From Amphiscolops sp. MND2022 (taxonomy: Eukaryota), in NCBI GenBank assembly GCA_964187785.1, contig OZ076409.1, positions 17,796,001 through 17,860,000 on the forward strand: a DNA stretch of 64,000 nt, given 5' to 3'. Below, in pieces: positions 38,201 through 53,200 of this stretch. Numbering within the stretch: the stretch's first letter is position 1; each line of letters begins with the position of its first letter. The translations under genes were made by a program, and so were the position numbers. Below the pieces are notes generated by a model. The model saw nothing but the letters and a program-made list of their open reading frames with translations, ran no database searches and was not told the origin of the DNA.

Positions 38201-41200
38201 ACGGGAGTAATATTTGAAGTTTCAAATACTTCCAATGAGAAATCGATAGCTCAACTTTTTGAATACTATTTGAAAAATCACATACGGTGGGGGCGGAGGA
38301 GGAGGCTGAGTGAAGACCCAGAAGCCGACCAGAAGAAGCACCGCGTACGCAGCAGCTGTGACGAATACTCCAATGGTGAAGAACACCACTGCCGCAACCG
38401 GGGGAGTCATGCTAGCGAGTTCCAAGGGAGCTGAAAAAAAAACAGAATTTAGAGAAATGTTCTTGAAATTTTGTTCCGAGTTGAGATTGCAGAGCAGCTC
38501 ATCCATGAGTGATCAATGGACCATCGCTTCCACATTGATGGACCATTGATATGACCGTCGACCTTGTTACGAAAGACCAGCCATCGATGGACCATCGATG
38601 AGGCATTCATGGGACCACACTGAGTTGTCATCGATGACTCATCGCAGTAATCAGTGTATTAAAAGTAAGAGGCTCAACATCAGTTTCAAGAAAATTGTTC
38701 CAAATATTACTGCAAAATCATTTTACATGACATTTACAGACCAAAAGAATGATCAGGGCGCTCGAAGCAGTCACTAACGGGCTTTTGGAGCTGTGCGAAT
38801 AGCCAGATGACCAAATTCACCAACCAGATTGCAAAACGTTGCATAAACCTGAAAACGAACAGTTTTCCATGAGAACTTACAAACTTGCAGAAATGCTATT
38901 AACGAGTGATTTGTAGTGGCCATGGAAGTCAATAAGCGCCTAGTCTTATTGCGCCACAGCTGTTAACAAAAATCTGACATCAAGGACTGCAAAGGACTCC
39001 AAAAGACTGATAACTGGTCAATATGATAAGGTCATGGTTTTATCAGTCATCGACCAGTCCTAATTAGCCATCTCACAAATCCTGGCATAGACGGCCTAAC
39101 GACAATGAAAAACGTTCAGAGAGATTTGAACGTACCCTGGACAATTCAATTTTGTTCCAAGAATTCATTTCTGTTTTATGTTTGTTTGCATCTTTTTCTG
39201 TTTTACATGAATGCAGTTTTGAAGATGTGGTGTTTTTATGAGGATGACTTTATTGAAGAAAAAGGTTTTTATTGCGCCGTATTTTGTTTCAACTTTGCAG
39301 AAAGTATCTGAGGTCTCCTTTTGGAGAAGAGCCATTACAATTTACTGCCCGAACGACTTTACTTTGTGTTTGGTATAAAGTAACATTTTTGGTGAGTTGG
39401 TCCTTTTGTTGTACAAACAGAAACTGATGAAATAATTGGCTTACTAAAAATGAATGCTTGCGTGTAAATTGCATGAAAATTTTCAATTTCATGTGAAAGT
39501 AAACCTTTATAATATAGACAGCATGGTTTGTCAAGTTGCTGAAGACAGCTTCAGGCGAAGTGGTGAGGAATCCTGTTTCCTTGGTGGACCCGATTGTTCC
39601 ATGAGTTGAATCTTCCAGGGGTGGTTCAAAGGTTACAGTGTACTCATCGGCAGAGCCATATTCCAGGGTCCATTTCAGCTCCATGATTGTGTTGTTCAAG
39701 AAAGTATTTGTGAGGGTTGGTTTGTCGGGATCTGATAAAAATGTCAACAAGGAATTCGAAACAAGAAGCTTGCTAAACTCCGGGATGTTTTCTCCCACAC
39801 TCGTATAGCAAAAAAAAGTATAAAGACGCCGTACTGCCTGGGAAAACGGAAAAATTCAGGCTCCAGCACAGGTTCGAACTCACGCCTTCTGACTAGCAGG
39901 CGTACGCCCTACAAACTGGGCCACCATGACTAACTTGAATAGAATATATATCATTAATCGATATATCACAAATGGATTCTTGGCAGAATTTGGGAAAAAA
40001 CACAGATGATGATTTTCCTCCTTCTACACAATAGAAATTGTGAGGGCGGAAAATGACCAGAGATACAAAGGTCGATGGTACATAAGTACGGCAAGCTCAC
40101 TAGATATATTTTAAATAGTATACCTTGCTGAAGATTCTCAGTCTAACTGAACAAAACGAAAAACAGATGTCTGTTTCAAAAATCATACTCTCAAGCCGGT
40201 AGCTACTTTCGAGTTGGCGTTATTTTAAAACCAAAGATTATCACATGCTGATTAAATGATAACCCAGTGTAAAAACTCTTGGAACTCTTGCCAAGATCTT
40301 GCATATTCTTACATATTCCCGTTTACTCTTGAAAGTCTTGATAAGATCTTGTTTATTCTTGCTTCACACAAACCTCTTGAAATTCTTGATAGGACTCTTG
40401 GTAAGAGTCTTATCAAGAGTGTCAAGAGAATAAATAAGTTGTAAAACAACCAGTAATTTTGTTTACAAGTACTTCGCTGTGGTTCGCACGACCAGCTACA
40501 CAATCATTCTATGAAGTATTGGATATAGCACAACACAAAGTATTGAATTTCAAAATGTGATAGCTTGGTTGGTAGCGCGGAAAGCTGCGGCATAATAGGT
40601 ACACTGGTGCCTATTCAATTCGTCGAACATTCAAATCGTCGAAAGATGAAAAGCTATTCAATGCGTCGAAAGAATTCCATATCAGCGATTAATTTCATTT
40701 GGTTATATTTTGTAGCGATTAGCATATTTGTTGTATGGCTCGGTCGCTTCGCTCCCTTCGCCAAGTAGCAATATTGAGGCATGGCCATATGGCACGTCGC
40801 TCCGCTTCGCTTCGCTCCTGCATTTAGGGCACTAGGAGTATGTGAACATATCTGACTACGTTATCGTAATTTTGAATGCTCGAATTTGATTGGCCGAAAT
40901 CAATTCATTCCATTACGTCATATATTGCTCGCTAAAGTAATACGTGTTCGACGAATTGAATGTTCGACGAATTGAACAGTCCCCAGGTACACTGATCAAG
41001 CTGCAGTTGGCGTCGGTTTTTGTTTGTTTTCGTTCACTTTTGTTCGTTCATCTCTTGAATTTCTTGGCACGATCTTGCAAGATCTTGCAAATTCGTGGAT
41101 TTCTTGGTAAGAATCTTGGCAAGACTCTTACTAAGAAACCCAGGAATATCCAAGATTCTTATCAAGAGTTGCAAGAGTTTTTACACTGGGAATGCAGCAT

Positions 41201-44200
41201 TTGCAGTGCAGCTAAGCCTCTATAGAAAATTTTTCGCGTTTTTCTGCAGAATTTTCCTGAAGTTGGAATAAATCTTATTTTTCTTTTAAATAAACAACAA
41301 TAAACTAGACTCACAAGTGCATGCTTTGATTGTGTCTTCGGTGATGACGCTTAAAAGATCTTCGATTCCGTTAGTCCTGTCACATTTATAGATAGTTTGG
41401 GCAGCTGCCTTCTCAGTGTATCGTGTTCCCGGGTACTTCCCAAAGTAGCTGAAACCAAATTTATTAACAGATTCATAATCATAATATCTGGTGATATTGA
41501 AAAACAATTGATCAGGACCCAAATTCTTATGCGCTAAACTTTCATTGTCATGATCAAGTCAAGATTTTTCCATGAACAAAAGACATGTCTGATGTTATCT
41601 TTAATTGCCTCATTGGTTATTTGTACTTTCGCAATAGTAATAATAACTTTTTTGGTTTTTTGGGAATATAAAACAAGCCGCGAACGGCCCAAGTCGGCGT
41701 CATATCTAAGGCTCAAAAATATTCAAGGAACAACTATTGTGAAATTTTTCAGTTATCACACAGTGCCGAACAATACCCGAAAGGGTTTCCCCGAAACTCT
41801 AAACAGTTATTTTCTGATCTGGAAATATCAGAAAAAACTAACTTGCCTTTGGAAAAAAAATTTTCAAAGAAAAGTATTCGGTAAAAAAAGTCGCATAGTA
41901 CCGAAAAAACCCAAAGGGGGACCCTTTGGTCTCCCCTCTACTTTTGGAAGCATAAGAAAATTTTGTGGTTTAGTGGGAGACTCGAACCCACGCTCTCCTG
42001 CTCAAACCCCAGAAAATTAGCCGGTCAAAAAGTTGAACAAATGAACAAAAAAGTGGACCGATCGCGTTGAACTGACCAAAAAAAACGCCGACTAAAAACA
42101 GCTCGAAAGACAATCTTTGGTGTTATGCATTAGTTTTGTCAAAGTGTATTTAGGAGCTGTCGGTTATGAAATTACTGATTGTAAAAAAATACGTTCAGAG
42201 GACAAAACGAAACGAAAGTTGTGAAGGCGACATATTCTTGCAAATCTTAGACAAAGCTGCTTAAAAAACATTATCATCGAAATACCTGCAATAAACTACA
42301 AGATAAAATTATTTTCTGTTCAATTCAGTTTTAAAAACTTTAATAAATGATCGAATAGTTAAATGACGTTTTTGCTATTGAGGACTGATAACAGGCTGTT
42401 TACTTTTGAACATAGTTGACTCTTGAACAGCCGTCACCCAAAAAATCCTTGAACATCAACTGGTGGAATAAAACGTATTTCCAAAATATCCAAATTAGGG
42501 AATATATCTTTGCCCCATCTATTGGAGAGCGATGGTGGTGTATCTGAGTTAGCAATTATTCGTACTTTTCATTGTCGCTTTATCACATGCTTGGGCTTCC
42601 GAGCTCCGATACCGTATACCCAATTCGAACTTACCAGTGGCAAAATTCTTCAATCGTTATACCTCCAAAAAGCAGAAAAAAGACATTTAGTTTTGAAACA
42701 ACGCATTTCTCAATGATGCTTGTCTCGTAAACTTTGAGCAAACGCTCACTCGAAAGTAGTTTGCAATACTCACAGAATTTGGGCAGTTTCGTTGACATAG
42801 ATAGGCCGAGGAAAGTCTGTTTTTGTGTAGAGGTACGAGTCAGATCCTCCTGCAGTTGGGGGATCCCACTTTATCCGGAATTCTGAAGATGACACTGGCT
42901 CGTAGCGGAAGTTTATTGGAGGCAGGGGACCTGAATTGATCAAAATTGGCGGCTGTACACAATACCCTCATAATATTTCCAATCGTTTCAAGAAATTGAA
43001 GATTTATTCATTTCATAGACTATTTTTGAGCCAACTTGGACCGAAGGTTACACTTTATGTTAGTCCAATTGTAAAATATGAAAACTTGAGTCTCCTTTTT
43101 TGTTATCGTCAGTTAATGAAATTGACATGTACAGTAGAACGATATTTTCAATCACAGTTTCCCATAACCCTTTTGTTCAAAGATTGTTGAACCACAATAA
43201 TTTTAGTTGCAGATAATTTAGGTTTCAAGTTGGCAATAGATCAGTTTACCAGTGGTTTCTTGATATCGAAGCGGTCCAAGTTTTTCATAATTTTTGACCA
43301 CAAAATATGAGCTGTAATAAGTTTTTTTCACTTCATTTAAAACCCACGGAAACTTTTCACTAACAAGTGCACATGTAGTAATAGTCGAAAGGTAGCCCCT
43401 CGATGTTATATTTGGTAGCAGTTCCAGTGAAGTTGTATCTAGTTCCAGGGTCCAATCCAGATACAGTCGTGCAGTTGTCCAGATAGTTGCTGCTAGTGTG
43501 TACCAGTGAGTCTGCGTTCGGATAGTTCTCCATGTAGAACTTCAAGTTTTCCGGTTCAACGTTATCCTCCAAGTTCAGACATTCCTTGATCTCGGTTGTA
43601 CTGACACAGCCAGAAGATGGATGTACGCTAAGTGGATTGGGTCCTGGGAATGCAATTATTTGTCTTGCGTTTGTTAAAAAAACGGAAAATTGTTTCCGTT
43701 AGTCATTAAGGAAAAAAAGTTTAACAAAGTTTAGTTGTTCGATGATTTGAAACTCTTCAGCCCAAACAAGGGATGTGATAAAAACCATTCCTTAACTAAC
43801 GACTTACTTGTGTATGCAGTATACGTTTTCTCGTTGAGCGACTCCAGTGGGCCTTGGTAGTTTTTGCAGTCAAGATAGGACTTCATTGTGATGTCAATTT
43901 TATGGGAGGGGCCTGGCAGTCCGTCTATTAGGTGCCAAAGAAGACTGTCTGAGTCCATGTAGTTCGTGGTGATGTTATCGTCCAGAGCGATGTTGACAGA
44001 TCCATCGATGATGACGTCATATTTCAGTGTGTAGTACCTAGCCACTGTGCCAGGGTCGAAATAGTTTGTTTTAGAAACACCAGAGTCAGTTACTACTTGA
44101 TCGACCCATGTAATGTTCACTGACCCCGCTGTTAAAGGATCGGAACTGATTGTACCTGGGATTAGGGGACCTGAAGTGATAAAATTGCATAAAATAGATT

Positions 44201-47200
44201 GTAGATTGATCTAATGCCTCTTCGAACTTTTTATATCCTGAAGGTAATGCTTTGATAATTTGTCAAAAGTGTGGAAAACTCAAGAAACACATATGATGGA
44301 AGAAACTTTGTGAAACTTGCAAGCAGTTTGTAATATTTCAAATGGAAACCACCAGCATTATCTTAGACATATCAAACATATAAAACATGAACATAGCGAT
44401 AATTTTAGTCGGCGAATCTTCCCTTTAAGAAAATGCCCGACTATAACAGTTACTAGTTTTTTTGTCAGATATCGGAATGTATGCGTAGTGGAGACAATTT
44501 ACAGAACTACTAAAACTACTAGACTATTGTACCGGCAAGGTATGGCCAGCGAAAACGCATCGAAGTCAGTGCAAAAGGTCAACTCCCATTTTTTAAACGT
44601 AAAATGCATAATCGAACAAGACTATAGGGTCCTCCTTTCAATTTTTTTTCGGGATCACGAGACTGTTCCATAATTCTAATTTTTGGCTTTAAATTACGTT
44701 TTCTCAAAATATATCCACCAACTTTTTTTTCATTATCGTCCAAGTTTTGCAAGTGGATGTTCAAAAAATTTGCTCCATATCCGAATTTTTGACGTTATAT
44801 CCGAACTACTTTGCTTTTTACTGAGGAGGAGGTGTAGGATTAAAAAAGCGCTCGCGTTTGTCTCAGCACGCTTCTTCATCTGAACTTTTGAAGCAGTTTC
44901 TTAGCACGAAAGGCACCCTTTGGATGTTTTGAAACAATTTTGTGAGTTTTTCATAAAATCGTCGTCCTGGGAGCTTTTTGAGCATTAGGTATAGCGCCGA
45001 ATTTAGACGTTCCCGTCTTGTTCGGTGATTTTGTTTTGCCTGACGGACAACAGAGTTGTGAATCTAAGTAAGCATCGCAGAATTTTAATTCGCTTCAAAT
45101 TGAACAATAAGAATAATGTTTTTCATGGTGTTTAAAACTTAATATGATTGGAAAAAACGGCAAGGAACCTAAATACTTCGTTTGAAAAATAAAAGGGCAA
45201 AATCTTTAGTGTCAATCTGAATATATATTTAGCTTAAAGCAGCTGTATAAATGAAACCAATGATTCACTGTATCCTGTGAAATAAGGGTAAACAATACAC
45301 TTCTATTTTTCGTAAGTCATATGAAAATCTATGAAAATGGTTCCGAACTGACTTGAAAAAGTTGTAATTTATTGAATGTTTTGTTTCTTTTTTTATCAAA
45401 AAAGATCTGTTTTCTGTTGTTAGTTGCATATGGAATGCATATTGAGTCTTGTGTCAACGTGAACTCTCTTGATATCAATTCTGGGAAGCATTCCAAAAAT
45501 GTCCAAAAATGGCGACTTGATAGTAGGCGTCATTTCAAGGCACGCTTTTGTTCATAAACTCCAAATTTATTGTCGTAAAAGCATGCTTGACTTTTCACTT
45601 CATCGTTCAATTCTTGGGGTGATTGAAGTTCTCAAAACGTTCAAAAATCTAACAAAAACTGCCTCAAGTAGTCAAAAAAATTTCAAAGTCAAAGAGTTTT
45701 AGTTTTTGTTGGGTATTTCTAAAGCACTTTTTGAGCAAAAAAATGAGCGTGTTCTTCATAACAGCGTATGGGATAGCTACCTGGTTCGCCGATGACACTT
45801 TGGATGTTCTATTTTTTGAAGCTCTCAAAAACCGTACAAAATTGGTCAAAAATTGAAACGTGGGAAAGTTTAAAGTTTCTTGGGGTCATTTCACAGGGGC
45901 ACGTTTCCAGACCAATTTCATAATTGTGAAAAACGATTTCATTTGGATGCAAATCAATTTCATATTGAATTAAAACATTTTCATTTGAATGCAAATCGAT
46001 TTCATGAAATGAAACCATTTTCATATGAGTGAATTTCAATTTCATTGTTACGCAAAACACTTTCATTTGGACAAAACTCATTTCATTGTTCTCAATTCGT
46101 TTTCATTTGCTAATTGGTTTCACCCAAAATGGACCATAGTACGATTTCGTTTGCAGTTAGTTTCTGCAAAGTTCTAACCGCACAAGAAATTGTTTATCTA
46201 TGCGCTGAGCATCGTTATCAACCAATTAAAATAGCTTGTTTGCTCTCACTCTCACTTTTAAATGGAACTTCAGGTGAAATTTCAGGTGCAGAGAGAACAT
46301 TTCAGTTATTTTGCCTCTTTTGGGCAGGTTTTTGGAATTATTTCTAACAATTTTATCTTCATCGGTTTCTGCAGATTGTCTGGAATTTAATCATAATTTT
46401 TTTCGTTAACATTGTAAAGGAAAAAAATAATTGCAGTTTTTCACCGCGAAAACTTAAATTCTTATCTTAAAACATGTAAATCGACGAAATTTCAAGTGTT
46501 ACTCATTGGGCTGATATTTTGAAAACATCTGACCATTTTCGAAATCCAATTATATCCATAGCTTCGGTAGATTTGGGGGAGTTGATCCAGCAAAAAAATT
46601 GCAAAAAAACTGTAGGTAAAAAAAGCAAAGATAGGAAAACGGGAAAAGTCCCAACTTTGCTCAAAATCAGCTATTTGTAACCTTCTCAATTTTTGTCTCA
46701 GACGTTTAAAACAATTAATATTGAAAAATAAATGAAATTCTAAAGCTGATGATTTGGTTCTGATGTTTTCAAAATTTTCAACCGAATTCGAGAAACTCGA
46801 GCTAAAATTGCCAGGGGGTGATTTCTCAATCACAGTAATGTTTTAGAAATCCACTTTGATAATCTAAATTAAGGGCAGACGCTAGTCTTTATTTATTTTT
46901 CCACATTGTTCAAGATGTCCATCAATGACTAATAACCTCTCGAAAATTTTGAGTTCCACAAAGTTTATCGCAAATTCGAGGTCTTAGTTCTACACTCAAT
47001 CCTAATACATGCACCGGAAGTTTTGCAGAAATTATAAGAATTATAGAAGGTCAATTTTTGTGTAAACACCAAGGACCTCAACGCTTGACACTGCAATCAA
47101 TAGACAATGATAAACAGGAAAACAAAAACAAAAACAAACACAAATATCATTCATTCGAAAGAGCGCGCGAAAGTGGACCTAGCAAGTTTGGAGCCAGCAC

Positions 47201-50200
47201 AAAGAAGCTTTAGTCAGATTATTTGGAAATTTAAATGATCAAGTTTGAAATTTGCATTTATTTTCAAGAATTTTACTTTTGTGCCAAATTATCAGAAAAA
47301 AATTACCAAATTATTAAAAACTTATTGGTAATTTTTCATTCAATGGGAGACAATTGTATGCTGAATGTGTAGTTTGAAACTGTATTTGAAAATGTAAATC
47401 GTTTGATTGAAAACATTTTTCATGAAAATGAAATAAAACGGACGTTCGTCTATATGAAAATGTTTTTCATAAGAATGAAAAAAAATTTCACAGAATAAAA
47501 TTGGAATTCAACCATATGAAATTGTTTTGAACTAAAATGAAATTGATTATTCAGTTTGATGAAATAGAATTGGAAATAGTATAGTTGAAAACCAGAAATT
47601 TGTTAAAAATCTGATAAGTTCACATAAATCTCATGGTTCCTCGAAAAACCAAACCAAGTGTCTGGGCACTCATTGCTCATTTTTTTTTGAAATTTTTGAA
47701 GTATCGAAAAAGGTTTTATTACATGGATCTTCCAAATGCAAATCCCTTTACATCCATGTTTATGAATGGTTTTTAAAATTTTACAAGGTTCCAATTTAAA
47801 CCCAGAGGATAGAAGCTCTCCGATTGAATTCAACGACAAGGTTCAAAAAATTTAATGTTTTTTAAATATGTAAAAGGACACTATTGTTGAAATTCAATAA
47901 TTTTACAGTGCCAGAAAATACCCGAAGGGATACGCACAAGACTCGAAAATCACCTTTGCCCCAATTGGAAACAGCAAAAAACCCATCTTGCTCAACCGGG
48001 GACCTTTTTATTTTTTAAACATTTTTGAAAACACCGACTAAAAAGACCTACATGTACATGCACGAGTAACATCATCTGGAACCCCGAGGTCGAAGTCATC
48101 ACCCCTGGTTGTCGACTCGTAATATCCAGTCATCGCATAGTTGTAAACTTTTCCATATTGTAGAGGAGTGTCAACATAGTATGCGTAAGGGTTCTCTTTA
48201 AGCAATCCTCCGTTTCTAAAAAATCATCTGTGGTTTGTCGATTTTTTTTCTAAATCTAAACGAATAATTATTTACTGCGATTCGGTCCAGCTTTGAAAAA
48301 CAAAAAACAAAACAAAAGAAAACTTGTTGAAAATAGCAATAGTGAAATTGAAAATCCAAACCCCATTCACTACTCTCCCGATCAAAAAAAAATTGTAGAC
48401 CTTAATTTGATGACATATATGCTAATATTGCCAGTTTTGCTGAATATTCAAAAAATTAGATGTCGATCAGTAAGTGCACCTGATCGAAACTGAGTCACAC
48501 TGAAAAAACAATTGATTGAAAAAACACTGTCCAGGTAATAAGCGTCAGCCGATTCAAGAAACAACCAAGAAATTAAAGGGAGATCGAATAGAAATGATGG
48601 GAGAAGCCTGAAACGTTCCTACAGCTATATCTGTTTTCTTTATTATTGTCGGCTCTTTTATGTTCCCGCCCCCCCCCCCCACGCCAAAACTTTTGAAAAT
48701 AACTTTCCTTAAAAACTTTAGACTACCCTAATTAAAAGCAAAACCTTTTTTCATAACGGGAAGTTAACTTCTATTAGAGAAGTTTTCCGCTTGAACAAAA
48801 CATTGTTCACACATTTTGATTATAATCATGCTCGTATTAAGTGTTTATTGATGACTCAAAACAGGAAGCTGTTGATTTCTTCAAAAATACGTAACTACAT
48901 AGGTAAAAGTGTGAACAAAGTTTGTATCTGAATCCTACACTATCACCCTGTGAATAAATTTAAAACTGAAGCTTTCTGGTTTGTATTCAAGTAAATTTGT
49001 TACAAGAAATGTTACCAGAAATGATTGTCACTAATTTTCCAAAAAAAAACTTGGTGGTGGTGGGGGGGGGGACAGAAAAGAGCCTTTTTGTCTATTGCTT
49101 CTGTGTAGCATTCTGACGTTAGCAAGCTGAGTTGACCAACATTGCTTATTCATGGCTGTTCACTCATGATCATGGCTTTTCCGAGGCCTTTCGTTCGAAT
49201 TAAGGCTCATCATCCACGGTTATTTTCATCACATTCGATGCATGGCTAGTCATACTGGTTGATTTAATTTAATCAGAACCATTGGTATCATTCCATGGTT
49301 ATTTTTATTCCCTGTGATTCAAAAAAATTGTCAAATCATTGAATTTGGGATTTATAGAACAGATTATTAGTTCGATAATTGGTGATATCACCAATTATCG
49401 AACTAATAATCTGTTCTATAAATCCCAAATTCAATGATTTGACAATTTTTTTGAATCACAGGGAATAAAAATAACCATGGAATGATACCAATGGTTCTGA
49501 TTAAATTAAATCAACCAGTATGACTAGCTTTAAACCAGTATAACTAGTTTATAAAATATTTTATAAACTCAATTTTTTTAAAAACAATCGAATCATAACT
49601 AATCATCCTTGATCATGCGTCTCGTTTTCTTGATTGTTGATGGACTTTGAAAATGTCTTCCGACATACTTCTTTCTCTTTCGGCTTTAATTGGCTTCCCG
49701 GTTGTTATTTCATAATCGTGGGTGGCTTTCGTTTTTATCCCGACATATTTTTTTTCTCTTTCGGCTTTAACTTGGCTTCTCGGTTGTTGTTTCATAATCG
49801 TGGGTGGTTTTCATTTTTATCCCGAGTTAAAAAACTGTTTAAAATTGCAAGTTTGAATTCTTTCGAGTTCCTAATTCCTTTTTTCAGATGTTCGAAAATC
49901 GGTCAAATCCTTTTCGATCGAATTTTACTCTGCTGTTTTCGTTTTTTGTGTTCCACCAAGTCTTCTGTCCACGTGAAGTCAGAATTTCTGCGTGGAACTG
50001 GATAATCTAATTTCCTGGAATGGTTTCTCGAAAGACCTCAGAAACAATCCAAGATTGAATTCGTTTCATTTTTTTCTGCTAAGTTCTCCATCTCAAGTTT
50101 TCTGGTTTCAATTGCCACTTCAGGTTTTCATTCTGATAATTTTTGGTCTTTTCTAACCTTTCTGACTGTGTTTTCTGTCTATAGACCTTTGTGGGACCCC

Positions 50201-53200
50201 GGGTAGACCCTCTTACTAGGATCTTGGCTGTCTTGGCAAGATCTAACAAAATTCTTACTACATCTTGGCGACCATGGAACCCATGGCAAGATTCTTATCA
50301 AGATCTTACTAAGATGATACATTATTCCAAGATCGTATCTTATCACGATCGAGAAAAATCCAAGATTATAAAAAAACACTATACCTTCGGTACAAGCAGC
50401 CGAGACCCAATATAAAGGCTCATTTCACCCAACAACGACAATTTTTACTCGTTTTCCTAATCAAAATGCTTCACCCAGTTGAAACAAATTTACATGCAAA
50501 AATGGGCGAAAAATTACGATAACGTATTCTGGCTCCCGAAAATCGGACGAAAATCCTAATAACTCCTCCACTGTTTAAGACTGAGAAATGCGAAATGTAT
50601 CAAATGAAAGCTCATTTCAAGGGCTTCTGGAAATATGTAACTCATCACTCCTGTCGATTCCAGAGGCGGAGAAAAATGCTCTCATTGTTGATTTGTTAAC
50701 CTGAAACTAATCTAGCTCAATAATTATTATTTAAGAACACATCAATACATGACATACTCGAGAATACAAACGTACCTGGTCAATTGGTAAATGACTCCAT
50801 TTTCGGAGGAAAATATCTCGAAGGTGATATTGGCTTCTAGTTCACAATCGATGATCTCGGCCTTGATAATATCGGGCACAGAGGGACTTGTGAAGCATTG
50901 GACCTCTTCTACGTCACTGTACACCTTCCACTCAGAGGCCAGAGTGAGACCCAACAAGTTCACCAAGTCAGTAGATTGGACGTCTTGACACTTTCGGTAT
51001 GGTTCCCATGTTTCCAAATTCATGACACACAACTGGTACGCCTGTGCTCCCATCAAGTACGGAGTTATAGAGCTGGCCAAATTGCCGAAATTTTTAGTGT
51101 GCGACACTCCCTAAAACCACCAAGGCGAGTCAGCTCCATATCAAACTTATCATTCAGTGTGATTCGCCAACGGACAACTTCCAGAATGGAAAATGGATCC
51201 CAAAAGTAATCCGTTGAGCTACTCGAGAACAAAGTTACATACACTAGTTGAATATGCTGGAAAGTTTTACATGTTCAATAAGATTACCAAACACTTCTAG
51301 CATGATGTTGGGAGTTTGATAGACGACAAAACACTCAATAAAAACGAACATGAAAATTAACAAATAAAAAACAAAAAATAATAGAATGAAAACATAATAA
51401 TAGAGAAAAATTTTCCCGACGCAATGCTCTTTCTTCACGTATTTATTGAGATTCCTCTACAATACCTTCTACAAAGAGTATTTGAGAAAATCAAAAAGTA
51501 CAAAATTGACCGTTTTTTGACCATTTTTGGGATTATTTTGGCTATGTTTCTGATATCCCAGTCATACGATTTTGACGCAGGAGCACCTCTAGGTGTAGAA
51601 TGACCGCAAAATTTTATGAAAGTCTTATGGAAAGTTTTTGTGAAATTTTAAATTTTCATTGAAAGATCGGGAGAAAAAGTGCTATTGCATAAGTAGTCGA
51701 AAATCCAATAAGATCACCGATTTTAGCGCGCCATTTCTATCCCCTTTGCGTTTTTCGGGGACCGTGGAAGTACTTTTGCAATTTTTGAGCGTCAAGCGTG
51801 GCACCAACTTTTGACCATACCGGTTCGTTTTCAAGAACTATGGGACTGGTTACACTTTTCTCAAAATAAGAGAAGTTCGTGAAAAAGCACTGAAGTTTTT
51901 CCGATTCTCTGCAACTCTTACGATATTTTTCAGTGGATATTTTTCTTGCTTCTGTTTTTTGATGTTTCGAGTCAAAGCCTTCGGGCACTTGTGACATTGT
52001 GACTTTTTTTTAAAAAGTCGAGAAACTATCAAGTTGGGGTTTTTTATGTTTTTTTGGTCGGCGTTTTCTGTGAGAAAAGACCTGACTTTTTTCGTAGACC
52101 AGCGAGCTGACAGAAATTTGTAAACATTTCTAGAGGTATAAGTTGTGAGATCTAACGGCATAGAGGTTAACGTGGAGTTTCTGTGATCTGAGAAGCAGGA
52201 GTACGTGGGGTTTGAGTTTGGTCAAGATATTTTATCGCGTGCAAAAGTAGAGGGGAGATGAAATGGTTCCCGTTTGAGTTATTTCTCAACACTTTGCTAC
52301 TTGTTTTCTAAATTTGTTCAACCGAACTGCACCTTTTGATCTTTAGCTGAAAGAAAGAGTTTTGCGAGCATAGAAGTCCGATTTTCTACACAATTTTAGT
52401 TTTTTAAGGTTTTCTGTAGGAAAAATTTCTTCTTGAGGAAAGCCTAAAGCTCCTTCATCGGTACTTCCAGACTTTTTTTTCAAAAAATATTTTTCTAAAA
52501 ATTCATTTTTCAAATTGTATTTTGATGTTTTCCGTTGAGGAAAAGCGATTTTCGAATATTCTGGGTATTTGATAAATTTTTCACAATAACGTTCCTTTTC
52601 ATATGTGAGAATCGCTTTTTTAACCTTGTTCTCGGCTTGTGAACTTAAGAATTGTCTTTTAAACCTGAAATGTTGAAAGGTCCCTTCGAAGAAATTTTTC
52701 TACCGTTTTTTGAGAGTCTCTCAACGATCATATCACCAAAAAAAAGAATTCACAGCAAACACGTCAATCTTCTGTATCATTTCAATTTCAACTAATTTCG
52801 GTACTTACATTTCGATGAAAATGCCCACAACTGAAGTGTGAATGGGAACTGAAGTGTGAACTTTACCCAATTTGTTTCGTTTTAAGAGTGATTAGTTTCT
52901 TATTTCTGTTCGTCTGTCCGTTTTTAGTCGGCGCTTTTCGTAGAAAACGCAGACTATAGCACTGGCTTTTTTAAAGACAAACGAAGTGGCAGGTTTTATA
53001 GGATTTATAAGCTGTTACATATACCGGGTATAACGTTCCTGGAGAATTTTTCAAAGCTTTAAAAAGAGCTAACGAGTCAATAAAACAACCCATGCCAAAT
53101 TTAGCGCAAAACGGATATAATGAATTCCGGTTATAACAATTCCGGATATAGCGTATACCGGATATAACGATTTTTGGAGAATTTTTCATAGTTACAAAAG

